From: Octopus vulgaris
Lineage: Eukaryota
Reading direction: 5' to 3'
Assembly (NCBI GenBank): GCA_951406725.2
Contig: OX597820.1
Location: 83,142,001 to 83,206,000, forward strand
Length of the DNA stretch: 64,000 bases
Position numbers and translations under genes: made by a program. The notes beneath the pieces were generated by a model. That model saw only the letters and a program-made list of their open reading frames with translations, was not told the origin of the DNA and did not search any database. Shown piece by piece: positions 26,368 through 41,576 of this stretch; the stretch's first letter is position 1, and every line of letters begins with the position of its first letter.

Positions 26368-27385
26368 ATACACGAAGAAGTAAAACAAAATACCCGCACT
26401 TTCACCATAACATATCTTTATTATTGCAACACTGCCTTCTGTCCATGCGTGCTTATAGTTGATACCATTGTGGTTACATGATAGATGATTGAGCCTTAAC
26501 GCGCCATTTTTTCTGGATTTACAGTGTAAGCATGGCCGCTTCGCTAATAATGTGCATCAAAGGAGAAGAAAGAGCAATGATCCGATTTCTTTGGTCGGAA
26601 TACGCGTGAGGTGCCGAAATTGATCGGAGGATTTTTGCACAATTGGTAAATAGTTTCAACAGTCAGGGTAGCCGTGTGTGGACGTGCATTGTCAGGTAAC
26701 AACAAAACCTTCTATGACAATAGGCTTTGACTTTTGGTGTGAATTACTGGCTTCAGTTTCTTGGCCAGCAAAGCACTGTATCTTGCACTGTTTATCATAC
26801 ATCCCTTTTCCAGGTAGTCTTCCAGGCCCTTTTTGAGTCCAAAAAAGCCGTTAGCATAATCTTTCCCGCGGAAGATTGAGACTTGAATTTCTTCGTCGCT
26901 GAGGAGCCAGAATATTTCTACGCCACACTCTGTCTTTTGGATTCTTCCTCATAATATTGGACCCACGTTTTATTTCCTGTGACTATCTGCTCAAAATTTC
27001 CTCGCCCTCTTTGTCGTAGCGATCCAGTAAACGTTCGAAGACCTCAAGACGTTAGCGCTTGTGCTTTGCAGTAAGCTCCCTCGGCGGTCATCTTGCACAG
27101 ACTTTATGGAAGTCGAGCTCATCGTGGATGATTTTTCGAACCTGAAACACCATCCGACCAGAGAATTCGGGTCACTGCTCTTTGTTCTACTTTAGTGTAC
27201 ATTACTAGCGGAGCAACCATGCTTACACTGTGATGTCAGAAAGGAAAATGGTGCGATCAGGCTTAACATTCGATCACGTGACCACGATAGTACCAACTAT
27301 AAACATGTATGCGTAGAAGGCAGTCTGACAATAACAAAGATATCTTATGGCGAAATTGTGCATAATTTTGGACTTCCCCCCGTAT
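26368..27385. mobile_element. Mariner-derived element with ~230-bp inverted 5' portions
   Basis: 26368-26600 aligns to the reverse complement of 27155-27385 (acagtgtaagcatgg...gcta, E.RA.IR.LWS). The interior has minus-strand transposase remnants (KKFKSQSSAGKIML). Confidence 0.75.
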
Positions 27386-27393
27386 ATACATAC

Positions 27394-27463
<70 letters not shown>

Positions 27464-29149
27464 TATCAATAAAAATATGCACACACTTATACACATATAT
27501 TTAATATAAAAAGTGAATACGAATAAATTGAGAATTAGCAATTTTTAACCATTGTTGAGTCAATATACATACATAAATACATACATACGTACATACATAC
27601 ATAGGTACATACATATACATGTATATATGCATGTATATAATATATAGTATATACATACATACACACACACATATATATATGTATAAACATATATGTATAT
27701 ATATATACATATTTGTATGGGTACTGCTGTGTGTATTTGTTGTTCACATCAATAGCATATGTGATATCAATTCTAATATCTGTCCTAAGTGGATGGTATG
27801 TTTGATACGTTGAACATTGTCTCTTTTATTTCCATTGATACTGTGATTACTCCTCATATTGCTCAACTTGTTCATCTTTATGTTTTCCATTTTTATGGCT
27901 GCAATAGATGAGGTCATTGCCGTTTTTTTGTTGCTTACGTCGTTTATGTGGACGTTGTCGTTATTGTTTACATTGACGTTGTTCGTTTTTGTTGTTAGTA
28001 TTGTCCTCAATGTCCTTGATGTTATTGTTAGTATTGTTATTTATGTTATTGTTTGTGTTGATTTTTCTCCGTGTTCTTTTCATTGTTATTTCTCTTAATT
28101 ATCACTTTTAATGTTCCTTTAGAATATTGATTTTACTTTTGATTCTATTCAGTTGCAATATATTTTCATTTTCTACAATTCACTTTTCTTTTCATTCAAA
28201 TATTGTTCATCATTTTTTTATGATCATGGTTTACAAACACGCTCAACACATAGCAATATACATGCATAAACATACATCCATTTGCATACAAAAATACATA
28301 CATACATAGATGCACACATATATGTATATGGAGAAAGTAAGAAAGCGAGAGAGAGAGGACAGAGAGCTCTTCATATGGGTTTTATTATTTTCATATTTGT
28401 TAACATTCAATGTGTTATTTCTATTTGCTGTATATTTGTTTCATGAAAGGACAATGAAACTATTGCTTACATTGTCAGTTTCTGTGCTGCGATTTGCTTA
28501 TTTTTTTTCGTTTATTTGTTGGCGACTCAGGATGTCAGCTGAAGAATTGAAATACAAACAGAAGACGCAAATAACAAAGGAAACAAAAAAACATAAAGCA
28601 TAAAAGATTTGACAAATAGAGAAACATTAGGAAACAATGAATAATCTGTGCACGACTTAGCAGAAATAATGATTAGGAAGGCGACTGTTCGTATCCTTAC
28701 AAAAATGTCAATGATGTAAATGATGACAACGCTTATGATAATGGCGATAATGATAATAACTATCATCTTCATTTTCATCACCACAATCATATCAGTCATC
28801 ACTATTCCCATCACGATAATAAATATCTTCGTTAGAATAACCATTCAGTTTTGTGTGAGTGTTGATAAGACAAACGGAACGGAAAGGAAAATTTCTGTGA
28901 CATATGTTCAACGTGAACCTGGAAGAAATATGACCAGCAAATATAACTTTTAGGCAACAATTTACTTACGAAACTATCTCGGTGGAGATTTGTAGGAAAC
29001 AAAAACGCTTGTAGTCTGTGCCATAAAGGAAATCGCATTTTAGTTTGTGGTTGATGATTTCGTGCGTAATTTTAATGGGAAGCATTCACAAAAATGTGTA
29101 AACTATACTAAGTTTATGCATCTGTCGAAGTTGCATGTTACCTTAACTG

Positions 29150-30200
29150 ATATAATTTAGAGGCTTACAAAGACATGAGCTTCAATTTTAACACTTAGAG
29201 CTCGGAACGGAAGGGTTGTCTCCAAAATTCGAAATATTTCAAAAGAGATATTCCAAGGGGATTCTATGCGCTGCTTGGCTACATGCTAGGGCCTGCAACT
29301 GCTAGAGATATTAATGTAAACCACAAGTTCCTGATGGTTAATTTCAAAATTTATGCAAAAAATTATAACAACAAATAATAGCCGCAATTAATAACATCAT
29401 TTTTGGATGACATAGGAATGGAATTTGGCCAAAAATTGTTTGTTTAGCGAGTGAAAATTCAGTTGCCCAAACCCACAACCTGTATCTCAGTAGTCCCACT
29501 ACATATCCTTTCACACAAAGAATGCTACAAGTACCTAGGCATTGATAAAAACATATCATACGAAGTGCCTGTCAATAAAGATAAATTGAGCCAAGAATAT
29601 CAAGTCAGATTTTTAAAAAATTATGGCAGTCGGAACTCTCCTCTTAAAAGAAGACAATATTCCACAATACATTTGCAGTAACAAAGCTGATTCCAACATT
29701 TGGTATACTTGACTGGTATGTAGAGGAAATCCACTACATAGACGTCAAAACCCGAAAGATCCTGACCTCGACTGGAAATCACCACAGAAACAGAGATGTC
29801 GACAGGCTCTATCTAAGAATTGACGAAGGAGGTAGAGGTTTGAGGTCAGTACACATAATAATCAAATGTTGCATAGTCTTTCTCAGACAGAACTTGCTAA
29901 ATAGCAGCAGCAAAAATTAATGAATTAACTTAGTGCTGAAAAGTAAAAGAGCAATATACTATGTGTCGGCAGTGATCTTCTCACGAAGTACTCTGTTCCT
30001 GATTTCATCCCATACATAGCAAAACCTGCTGGACAAACTAACTTAAAGGAGACCTAGATGGGAAATGCTCGCATACCAAAAGAAGACTATGCATGGGTCT
30101 GTTTTCCTAAGACTAGAAGATGATAGTAATATCGACATGAAGCGCAATCTCTCTTGGACTCTTGGACACTACAACACATCACACAATCCGAAGACTTGAC
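29150..30200 (+). mobile_element. R4/Dong-like LINE RT fragment
   Basis: IFQGDS, ECYKYLGIDKNI, IDVKTRKILT, DVDRLYLRIDEGGRGL. Confidence 0.8.
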
Positions 30201-30766
30201 ATACTTCCTAAGGATAACTCTCAAGTACTGGAATCAAATGACCAAAGCAATATCGCTTTAGATAGAAGTTTCCAAATATATCTCATAGCTAGTGACGAAA
30301 ATACAGAATGATAAAAATTGGGGATAGATAGTAGAGAGTGAGCGAAGAAGTGATATGGAAAAATGTGTGAGCATTGTGCGGAATACGCACACACACACAC
30401 ACACACATACACTGACACTTACGTTTCCCTTTTTACACACTTATCTACCTACCTATCTGTACCTACATCAATGCATAAAAACATGCTAATTTAAATACAT
30501 ACATACAAGTATATATATATCAAGAGGGAAAGATATGCAGAGTAAGGTGGGGTGGGCGGGGAGAAATTGATATGGGAAAAATAAATATTGAAAATTGTGA
30601 GACAGGAATACAAAGCAGATGGCTATGAGTGAAATCATGAGAGAAGCAGATATTTTAAGAACAAATTAGTGTAAGCGATGAAAGAATGGCATGGAAATAT
30701 GAAGGTTAGGGATGTAACTGTACTGTTCAAAGTAGTTATTGCCACCATAAATGACGTGACAGTAGT

Positions 30767-30960
30767 ACACAGATATGTTGAAAAGTCCCTGGCTTTGGGT
30801 AAAAGAAAATAGAGGAGGATCAGTTAATTAGGCTTTTTCCAACATATTCCCCTCTCAAATTCACACACTTATTGCAGCGGTCCATCAGTTTTTCTAAACC
30901 TTTTAAAGAAACTCGGAAGGTTGGACCTCCAAACAAATTTTTCGCGATACCATTAAAGCA
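30767..30960. mobile_element. Mariner-like terminal fragment
   Basis: tacacagatatgttgaaaagtccctggctt resembles a mariner TIR; no partner end found. Confidence 0.35.
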
Positions 30961-31013
30961 CCCGTTGTAGATAGCATTGGTTCATTACAGTAAATATTAG
31001 CAGTAGTAGACTC

Positions 31014-31805
31014 ATTAGAACACCAGAGTATATGTCTTGAAATATGATGCTACAAAGCTCTCGTCTCGGAATTCAAATCGCATCACAATAGTTCTTATCC
31101 TTCATGTTTCAAGGCTCGAGAAACCGCAGTATGTGTGTCATGCGTTGCGGTCAAATATTTGGACCATAAGGTAAAAACCTTTGGGAGTCAAACATATGCT
31201 TTACAATATTTGTTATGGCTCATCAGATTCTGATTTCAAATCTCAACCGGATCATCTTCAACGGTTGACTTAGATACATACTAGTCAATTACGGGGAGCA
31301 ATGTAATGTACTACACAGTCCTCCAAATGTTGGGCTTTGTGCCTATATTCAAAAAACTGTTTAAGATAGCGTTTTTCAAGTACCTGTTTCTTCTTGTTTA
31401 CTAGCTATGTGACAGTGAAAGGTAGTCTGAAGCAAAAATTGGTACCATTGAATAACCTTCTCACAACAAAATTAAATCGTGAAAGCGAATTAAAATATTA
31501 AACAGGAAACAGTAAAGGAAGTGATAGCAAATTGATAGCAAGTGTAAACAAAGACGGTTAGAATTTGACGAACAAAAATGGCAAAATTCTAAAATAGTAA
31601 AATTGGCAAAAATATTGTTTATTTTTATTGCAATTCAGAGATTAATATTAGATATCAATCAATTCTGTGTAAAAGAAAGAGCATGGAAAATGTACGTCAC
31701 AAAAGGTAGTAGCCTGAAACCCCAAACAATTTATCCAGAAAAACGTGGTAAGAAATATTATACTTCTCTATTCTCACAGAGCGAGGAGACATTCATATAC
31801 CCGCG
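31014..31805 (+). repeat. ~790-bp segment duplicated at 33538-34320
   Basis: Colinear from attagaacaccagagtat to ttcatat(a/g)cccgcg with scattered substitutions. Confidence 0.95.
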
Positions 31806-32719
31806 TAAGAATGGTTAGCGTAAGGTCCAGTCGACACGTGCAACGAAGTATGTTTCAATCATCGGAGCGGGACATAGGAAAATGTACATCTACTCCTTCG
31901 GACCTAAGGCGAAGTGGAGTTACATTATATAAGGAAAGAAATACGGTCAGAAAAAAAGAGAAATGACTAGTTGCGCCATGGACATCAGTTTGTCTGTTAC
32001 CTTAAGTGAAGAATGAAGGAAAGGTTGCATGTGTATATGGAAAATTGTTATTCACGTAGACAACTAATCAAATATATTTTCGTGGCTTAGAGGTGGCCAA
32101 TAAATTATTGCCTAATTACCTGATGACTGCTTGAAAAAAATCAGGAATAAATTAAAACGAATAAGGTTAGCTAATATTACTTCATTAAACGAGAATCCCG
32201 TCTATTTAGCTTTTTTATGTTTTGATATTGCTTCCGCATTTTAAGGATAAAAGTAGACGCCTGTATCCAATCCATATTATACCTGTGAAGTTTTATGTAT
32301 TTGTAATTGCTATGGTAATTAGTATAACAGCCAAAGCGACATGATTTCACTTAGAATTTTGGTTATTATGGATTTTACACCAGCCCACTACGGTTTGATC
32401 AAATTCATAATCAAAATCGTTTCACCCATAAAACTGCTGCTCTGCTTTCTTGCACTTGCAGGTCTAGTACAATATTGCCCAATGCATATCTTTATTTTTA
32501 AAGCAGAAGGGGTCAGTTCAATAGAGATTTGTTTGGTATTTCTATATGTAGCAGATGGTTATTATAGTGGTGATTGTATTTCTGAAAACGTTGCTGCTGT
32601 CAATACAAAATGAGTGAACCCTTAATATTTAATATTCAGTGTAAGCAATGTTATAAATAAAAGTGGTTTTATTCTTTTTTAATTCTTTTTACTTGCAGTG
32701 CTTTAGTGGATCAAATCGG

Positions 32720-32763
<44 letters not shown>

Positions 32764-32768
<5 letters not shown>

Positions 32769-34930
32769 TATCTGAAAAACCGAAGTTTGTACAATGGTCT
32801 TAATAAGAGTAGATAACACTAACACTAGTTTCGTCCAAATGCCTCATGTTCAAATTAACAGAACGATCAAACCAAAAAGTGCTTCAGTTAACTCAAAACC
32901 ATAGTAATGATTGAAAAAACCCCCATAAATATGAACTTTACACAGTAAGATGTTTGTAGACCTTTGTTGGAGATCATCTCTGCACATCGATTGCCACAGG
33001 ACATAGCAAGTTTCTTGCCGAAGTCAGGTGTTACTTTCTTCCATTCCTCTTTTTGTCGTAGTAGCTGGAGGCATTTATGTTGCTTTGTCTCTAAGTATCT
33101 TCCAAATGTTTTCAATTGGATTCAAGTAAGGACTTTGTGCTGGCCACTTCACTACTTGGATATTTTCTTCACTAAAGAATCCATTGACACGCTTTGAAGT
33201 ATTACAAGTAGCATTGTCTTGCATGAAAATGCTCGGAAAATGCATGGAAAATGCACGGAAATGCTCGTAATGATGGGATCACATGCTGTTCAACGAAATT
33301 CAAAGAGATATTAGCAATAATAGTCCCTTTAATCTGCACAAGAGAGCCAACTCCCTCAGAAGAAATCATTCCCCACACCATGTCCTCCCTCCTCCAAGCT
33401 TGGCAGATTTCTCCAAGCATTTGAATTTTAGCCGATCTCCTGTGAAGCGGCTAACATACTCTCTACCACCTGAACCTACTAAATTGAATTTGCTTTCATC
33501 GCTAAAATGAACTTTTGGCCAAACTTCACCCTTCCTTATTAGAACACCAGAGTATGTCTTGAAATATGATGGTACAACGCTCTCGTTTCGGAATTCAAAT
33601 CACATCACAATAGTCCTTATCCTTCATGTTTCAAGGCTCGAAAAACCGCAGTATGAGTCGTGTATCACGGTCAAATATTTGGACCACAAGTTAGAAACGT
33701 TAGGGAGTCAAACATATGCTTTTCACTATTTGTTATAGCTCATCAGATTCTGATTTCAAATCTCAACCGGATCATCTTCAACTGTTGACTAAGATACATA
33801 CTAGTCAATTACGGGGCACAATGTAATACAAAGTCCTCAAAATGTTAGGCTTTGTGCCTATGTTGGAAATACTGTTTAAAATAGCGTTTTCCAAGTACCC
33901 GTTTCTTCTTGTTTGCTAGCTATGTGACAGTGAAAAGTAGTCTGAAGCAAAAAGTGGTACCATTGAATAAACTTTTAACAACAAAATTAAATCGCGAAAG
34001 CGAATTAAAATATTAAACAGGAAACAGTAAGGGAAGTAATAACAAATTGATAGTAAGTGTAAACAAAGACGGTTAGAATTTGACGAACAAAAATGTCAAA
34101 ATTGTAAAATAGTAAAGTTGGCAAAAATATAGTTTATTTTTATTGCAATTCAGAGATTAATATTAGATATCGATCAACTCTGTATAAGAGAAAGAGCATA
34201 GAAAATGTACGTCACAAAAGATAGTAACCTGAAACCCCAAACAATTTATCCAGATAAACATGGTAAGAAATATTATACTTCTCTGTTCTCACAGTGCGAA
34301 GAGATATTCATATGCCCGCGCATATGAGCTTCTGTATATGAAAGTCTTTCCAATTGATTCTTCTTGTAGATGGTAGGTTTCGTTGCCGGGGAAAAAGCCT
34401 TTAATCCAAATTCATTAAGACAAGACGATGTAAAGCGGCTTACTTACGTACCAATATTTAAATTTATTTTCTTAGAAATTTCATCCGCAGTCTCGAAAGG
34501 ATTCCTCAATAGTACCATTTCGTGGCTCGATCATCTCGCATGATAGTTTTGCGTTGTCTATCAGTTGCCTTTTTATTTCAAAACCTTTAGTTAATTCATA
34601 GAGCTTAAGGACACGTGAAACTAGACTCTTGAATCTCCTTACGTCTCGTGAAATAGCCCAGAGAGTCATTCCTGAAACTTTCACCCTGACAATTTCTTTT
34701 CGGAGATCGGGAGTAACATTAGCGTGTGCCATATTCGGAAGCTTGCATAATATTGAGACAGTAGTAACGTTGAGCCTGAAAATGTAAACAATGTTTGAAA
34801 TTTCCAGAAATGTCTGAATGAATGTAATCGTTCTGTTATTTTGCATATGAGACATTTAGACAAAACTAGTGTTAGTGTTATTAACTTTTCTTTAGACCAT
34901 TGTACAAACTTGGATTTGTCAGAGATTTTA
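32764..34930 (-). mobile_element. Tc1-like transposon with ~104-bp TIRs, interrupted by the 33538-34320 insert
   Basis: TIRs 32764-32867 / 34827-34930. Minus-strand remnants MAHANVTPDLRKEIV, KVHFSDESKFNL, MVWGMISSEGVG, WPAQSPYLNPIE. Confidence 0.88.
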
Positions 34931-36442
34931 GCAAATGGTTAACCGTATTTACGAAACCAATTACGAATTTGTACGTTCACTAGCTTTTCCGACATTAAAG
35001 AAATATTAATCGTCCTCTTTTTTGCTCGCTACTGTACTTGACTTGCACTTTCATTTGATGAAAAAAAAAACTCGGAGAAATAAAAAACGAAGTGAACCGG
35101 AGCAGGATTTGAACCAAGAGCATAAAGAAACTCTCAATGTATTTTCTCCGACGCCGTAACGATTCTGCCAAATTATAACATATTTTTTTAGATTATGTAG
35201 AACAGAATTATTTTCTGCTTTGATACATTCAGACTGCAAATTTCATCAGCATCAATATTTACATTCCTTTCGTCTATATAGTGGTTTTGTGTACATTTAT
35301 ACATAACACGTTCGTCAAACGTGGAAATAATGTGGAAGCACTAAGTATCTCGGGGCTAAATTTCTCCTTAGACTCAATGTGCAGAAAACCCTATCAATTT
35401 GAGCTGTGAATAATGCCCTCAGACGGCATAGTATACCTTTAATGAATTATAGCATGAAGAAACCTTTGCACTTGCTAACAAGGTTGCAGGTTACATATCA
35501 GAATGGCAAGTAAAATTCGGTTTCTGTAGCTGATGAAAAGCAACAGAATCGAAACATGTTTCATATATTCCGGTGACATCATTCAAAATCCATATCCGTG
35601 TGTTTTCACACTCATCAATTACGATTTTCGTGTACAAGGTTTTTCTATTCTATAGTGCACAGAAACGTACGTGTTAAATATAAATGTATATACATTTACA
35701 GTTGCGATATATTTAGGAGGATGCATTGACAATATCCATTCCTATCAAGAAATGTGGGATTTAATGTTTAAATCATGAAAGTACTTTTACAAATCAATTG
35801 ATTACGGAAAACAGATAAGAAGAATTACGAACGCAAAATATAGTACTTTCTCTTTAAACAATTTTCAGAATAATCAATTGATAACTTACAAGACCAAGCT
35901 GAAATTTCCAACAGCTTTGGAATTTCCAGCGTTAACATAAATATCTGAATGTCGAGAATTTATAAAAAAAAAGAAGAAAAAAACAGAAGACAAGGAAAGA
36001 GCAGAAAGTTCTCATGTATGCCCTGTTTTAAGAAACACGTATGACCGAGTATGTGATAAGGCTAATCATTTTGGTTTGTTTTAAACGGGAAACTTTTTCA
36101 GTCAAAAGTCCTGGAAACAGGCCAAGAGGAAGATAGTAAATCCTAGGTATAGTCTCATGAAGATGAAAGAATGGTAAGATCAACATGATATAGAGATGAA
36201 TATGGAAACTGTGTATCATCCAAAGCACTTACACCACTATGGTAGTTGCCAATAAATAGTGATTAAGATAAATATAATCTATTGTAGCAATTTATACCAG
36301 TGTAAGATACACCTGTGTATTTACTGATAGGGCACAGAAAGTGTGTAAATAGTCAGCTAGAGGAGCTGTCTTCCTTGGGCTACAAGCTACAGTAACATCG
36401 ACCCTTAAGGATTATCCACATTTAAGTTGCAAATATACTTCA

Positions 36443-36496
<54 letters not shown>

Positions 36497-37914
36497 GTAT
36501 ATATATACATACATACATATATATATGTTACACACACATACATATATATATATACAGAGTGAGACAGAGACAGAGAGAGAGAGAAAGGGAAATGGAGAGA
36601 GAAACAGAGGTAGAGAGAGAGAAAGAGAGAGAGGGAGAGATCGATAGATAGATACATACATATATGAATTCACAATTCCCACCACTGTGGGCTCTACTTT
36701 AACAATTACGCTATAGGCAAAAGCAAAAAATAGAAAGAAAGAATACCGATACTGTAGAGGCACTGATTTGATAATATTCGCCCAACTAAATTATGTTCAT
36801 CGACGAATATATATGTCCTGTGATGCTATCATTAGAGCAGTTAGTGACAGACTAAGATGCCTTGCGATGTGTAGTTCCGGCCTCTTAACCTATTATTTAA
36901 AGTTACCATGAGCAAAATCTTGCCTTTCTGCTTTCTCCTATTGTATTTGCCAAGTACCGATGTAATAAAAATATTTTAGAGCCTTTCAGGCTTCATCATG
37001 TCAGCGTCTACGGTTGGGAATCCTAAATGGATCTCACTAGTATTAGATGAGTTTTAAGACATGTAAGTGCAACATGATAAAGTACAATAGGATCAAAATG
37101 GGTAGTACAAGCTCAGCTGTTAGTGTTTTTAGTGAACAATGATTCAATCAAATGTAAAGGATTTTTTCAATAGCCTGCAGTGGAATTTCAACTTTCTAGA
37201 TAAACCCATTGAATTACTCAGCACAAAACTGTAAATTGAAACTCTACATTCCAATAAGTGATAGCAATAGTGTGGGTGCGTTACATTTCCAGTGGGATGA
37301 AAAACAGGTGGGCAACCACCGAATTAAAACTGCTTCATAACGACAAAGATATCGAATCGGTGCCTTGATATGAACTGTCGACATAGTGGTTGTTGTATTG
37401 GTATACCAGCATCAAATACACACGCGTACTTGAATCAACCAATACTGGAAATCACTATAAGTGGACGGTTCTGGCTAAATCTAGCTGCAAACACAAGAAA
37501 ATGAAATCGTGTGGAATGTCAATATAGGTTCTTGCAAATATCTAGATTTATAACAAATGTCAATTTTCTTGAAAGCTTTGAGGAGGATTTCTTTGTATAT
37601 GTCATTCGATGACTTATTCTGTAAGGTCAAGCAATAACAATGTAGTATGACTCACAGTATACAAAATTTCTGCATAGCTGACTATACATACAAATGATTA
37701 CACACAGACGTAAACCCCACCATATAGACATATGTATAGGTATATACAATATTATATAGAGGTATATTATATATAAATATAAACATACGTACACATATAT
37801 AAGCGTGTGCGTGTGTATGGATGTGCGTATACACATATGTGTGCACGTACGTACGTACGAATGTATGTATATATATGTATATATATATACATATATACAT
37901 GCAGGTATATATAT

Positions 37915-37965
<51 letters not shown>

Positions 37966-38319
37966 TATATATATATATGTACACGCATGTCTATCTGATA
38001 ATACCCATTGTGAATTTATATATACATATGCGTACACAATCATATAAAGTGTGTGTGTGTGTGTGAGTGTATATATATATAGGCATTTTGATATATATGC
38101 ATATATAAAGATTTTTCTAACATCTGCCCTATCTTACGGATACATTCGAATATATATTTATACCTCTATATGTTTACATCGAACAGCTTATATGGCCACA
38201 TAAATATGAAGCATTGAATAAAAATAATGTATAATGGATGGTATTAAGAAGAAATGGAAAAGTTTGTTCTGATAAATATGCTCGTTTAACTGATATAATT
38301 CGTATGATAAAATATCCAT

Positions 38320-38398
<79 letters not shown>

Positions 38399-38556
38399 TG
38401 TGTGTGTGTGTATGTGTGTGTGTGTGTTGTGAGTGTGTATGTATATATATATGTGTGTGTGTATATATATATGTATATAAATATATGAATACTTGTATGT
38501 GCGTGCGCGTCTTCTCTGACTATGTACAAGAATTTTTTGCCTGAAACTGCGCAAAG

Positions 38557-38631
<75 letters not shown>

Positions 38632-39271
38632 TAATTTATCTATCTCTCTGTCTGTCTGTTTGTCTATCTATCTATGCATATACATGTATGTATATATACA
38701 CATAGATATTTATGTACACAGTGACGCATACGCACACTACAAACACACACACACACATACTAACGCGCACAATATGCTGAAAATAGCGAAAATGAATTGA
38801 ACTGCACAAAGAACGTCAATAGCTATATATCAGTCATACTAACTCAACATCATCAATAAGCACAAGAAGAACGACAGCAACAATATTTAATGCAAAAATA
38901 GCCAAATATCAAATATTAACAACAGTATGAACCTCTGTTTCAAAGAAACAGGAAGAGAGTTTAAAAAATGCATACACATATTCACTCACAGGAACAACAC
39001 GTTACAAGAATAATGAAATATCTTGAAGACAATAACATTAACAGCAACAGCAACAACAATAGCAACAACAAAAAATAGCGAAGAGGCAAGAAGATTGCGT
39101 GATACAAAAACATTTGTGGTAGAGTTGAAAAACGGCAAGATAAAGAAAAAGAAAAGAACTTCCTGTCTGTATCAGACCTTTTGTTTAAAACTTAGAGGAA
39201 GTGCAGCTATCGAGAGAAGTAATAATGATGCTAACAATTGCAATAATATATAACGTCAAAATAAACAAATA

Positions 39272-39297
39272 AACTACTACTACTACTACTACAACTA

Positions 39298-39338
<41 letters not shown>
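39272..39338. repeat. (CTA)n(CTG)n trinucleotide repeat
   Basis: Directly visible. Confidence 0.9.
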
Positions 39339-40967
39339 ATGTCTTTCTTTATCTCCTCGTCATGTTTTGTTTCAAATTGTAGCTGCTATTAGATGAAGCT
39401 AACTTTTTGTATTTCTGGTTCCTTCGTTTCTGTGTTTCTCCTTCTCTCCACTTCCTTTAACTCATTAACCTTGTCGTTGTTGCTGTTGTCTTTGTTACTG
39501 CTGCTGATGCAGTTGTTGTTGTAGTTTTTATTATTGTTGTTGTTGTTGCTGTTGTTGTTGTTGTTCTTCTTCTTCTTCTTTTATCTTTACTTTTATCACT
39601 CTGTCTCTGTTGCTTCCTTATCATTTATACTTTCCCTTTTTCTTATTAACCCCTTTCTTATCATCTATTTTCCAACATTCTCTGTCACACAGCCTGTATT
39701 ATCATCATTATTACCGTTACCACTATCCTCACACTCTTTCTTTTCGTCCTTTCTTGTTCCTTTTCATACTTAAAACATCATTTTCTGTTTGTCTTTATAA
39801 ATAATATCTGTTTAACACAAAATATGAAGATTAAACCCCGACTGGTGTGATTTTTGTTGATAAGAAAGAATTGAAAAGAATACTGAAATACTGTACTTAA
39901 GGGTGTGTACCTACTCTTGATTGTATGCGTGTACATATAGAGGAGATAAAATTTCTATTGAAGAATCATATAAACAGAAAGGAAATTAAAGCACTACTAC
40001 CAACAACATTATACCGAACCTCCATCATATCTCAGCCATCGACTAAAGGAGAGGCGTATTGTCATATATCCACCTAAATACACTGTTTGGAAAACATGAC
40101 GTAATTATTGCAGCTGCCAAGGCATTCCTTGTTCGATTTCGTGTATGTTGATATGGCTTACACAAAAGCAAAGCAAAGAACATTTAAGCAATACATTGGT
40201 TATATCAACAGCATAGTAACAAGCGGTCTGATAGTTTCTGTTTTACAATTTATTAAAGACGTTTCCAGATTTAGCGTAAATTAGATGTTAAAATATTAAT
40301 CCATTTCCTGAAGCCATCGCTGTTTTCTAGAAGTGTATTGGTTTGAAATAGTGGCTGTGCTTATCTCTTATCCTTTTGATCAACTCCTTTAATTCACTGC
40401 TAAATATTTTATAAATGCAGAGAAGATAAAGGCCGGAATTTCTCATGCACGAGAGGAACTAAGAAAATAAATCGGATTTTTAGATTACGCGCAGTATTTG
40501 CAATATAACGAAAATCTTTAGTATAGAATGAAAGCAAATCATTGATGTTAATCCTGATCAGGATTTTGAGTGCTGGATAATAACAAGCCACATTCTAAAG
40601 TACAGAGGAGAAAGGGTTGCCTCTTGATATCAAAATTGCACATTTTAAAATGTCTCAAGAGTTGTACATTGGAACGGAATGGTCTGATAAATGCTGCATA
40701 ATTTAAGCTTCAGTATATGTGGGGATTTGGAAACGTTAATAATGGAATTTGCATCATTATAACAATGCACGCAGATGTTTTTTGAAACCTGAAAATATAT
40801 ACACACATATATAAACACATGCAAGCGGACATACAGATAATCTCAGTCGCATATGTATACATATACACACGCACCTACAGATTTACAAATGGATTCACTT
40901 GGCTACCTTAAATATATATGAGTATCGATAGTCATATTCAGCTCGTAATATAGTTAACACATTTTGA

Positions 40968-41185
40968 AGGCGGTGAGATGGCAGAATCGTTACCGCAATG
41001 GACAAAATGCTGGGTGGTATTTCTTCTGACTTTACGTTCTGAGTTCAAATACAACGGTGGTCGACTTTGTTTTTCAACTTTTCTTGGTCGAAAAATAAGT
41101 ACCAGTTGAGCACTGGAGTCGATGCATTTGACTTATGCTCTGCCCCGAAATTGCTGGCCTTGTGCCAAAATTTGAAACCAATATA
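40968..41185 (+). mobile_element. tRNA-derived SINE (relatives at ~43815-43965 + and ~51835-51940 -)
   Basis: ggcggtgagatggcagaatcgtta ... tttacgttctgagttcaaat ... aataagtaccagttgagcactgg. Confidence 0.75.
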
Positions 41186-41503
41186 TATAGCATTTTGATC
41201 TTTTAAATGTACGTATACATGAGTTAATGCATCGATTTCCAAGTATATATGTATATATCTGAGATTTTCTGTGTGCGTATGTGTTTGCCCTTCTGCATTT
41301 GATTGTATGCATGTACGTATCTATCTACCTATCTATCTATTTATCCATATATGGTACATGCATAAATAGGCCATTGTACATTTGTGTGCATTTATACAAA
41401 CACACACGCACACTCTGTATTAGACCTATATATATATATGATAAATGATAAATGATATATAGTATATGTATATATATATATAATAAGTAGTAAATAATAT
41501 ATA

Positions 41504-41576
<73 letters not shown>

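Noticed and set aside
28500-28603. Possible exon after a pyrimidine tract (cag-GATGTCAGCTGAAG, MSAEELKYK)
   Set aside because: No donor site, runs into A-rich low complexity, no recognisable protein.
37270-37530. Possible PLE GIY-YIG tail (KWTVLAK...C)
   Set aside because: Too degraded to support without a profile search.
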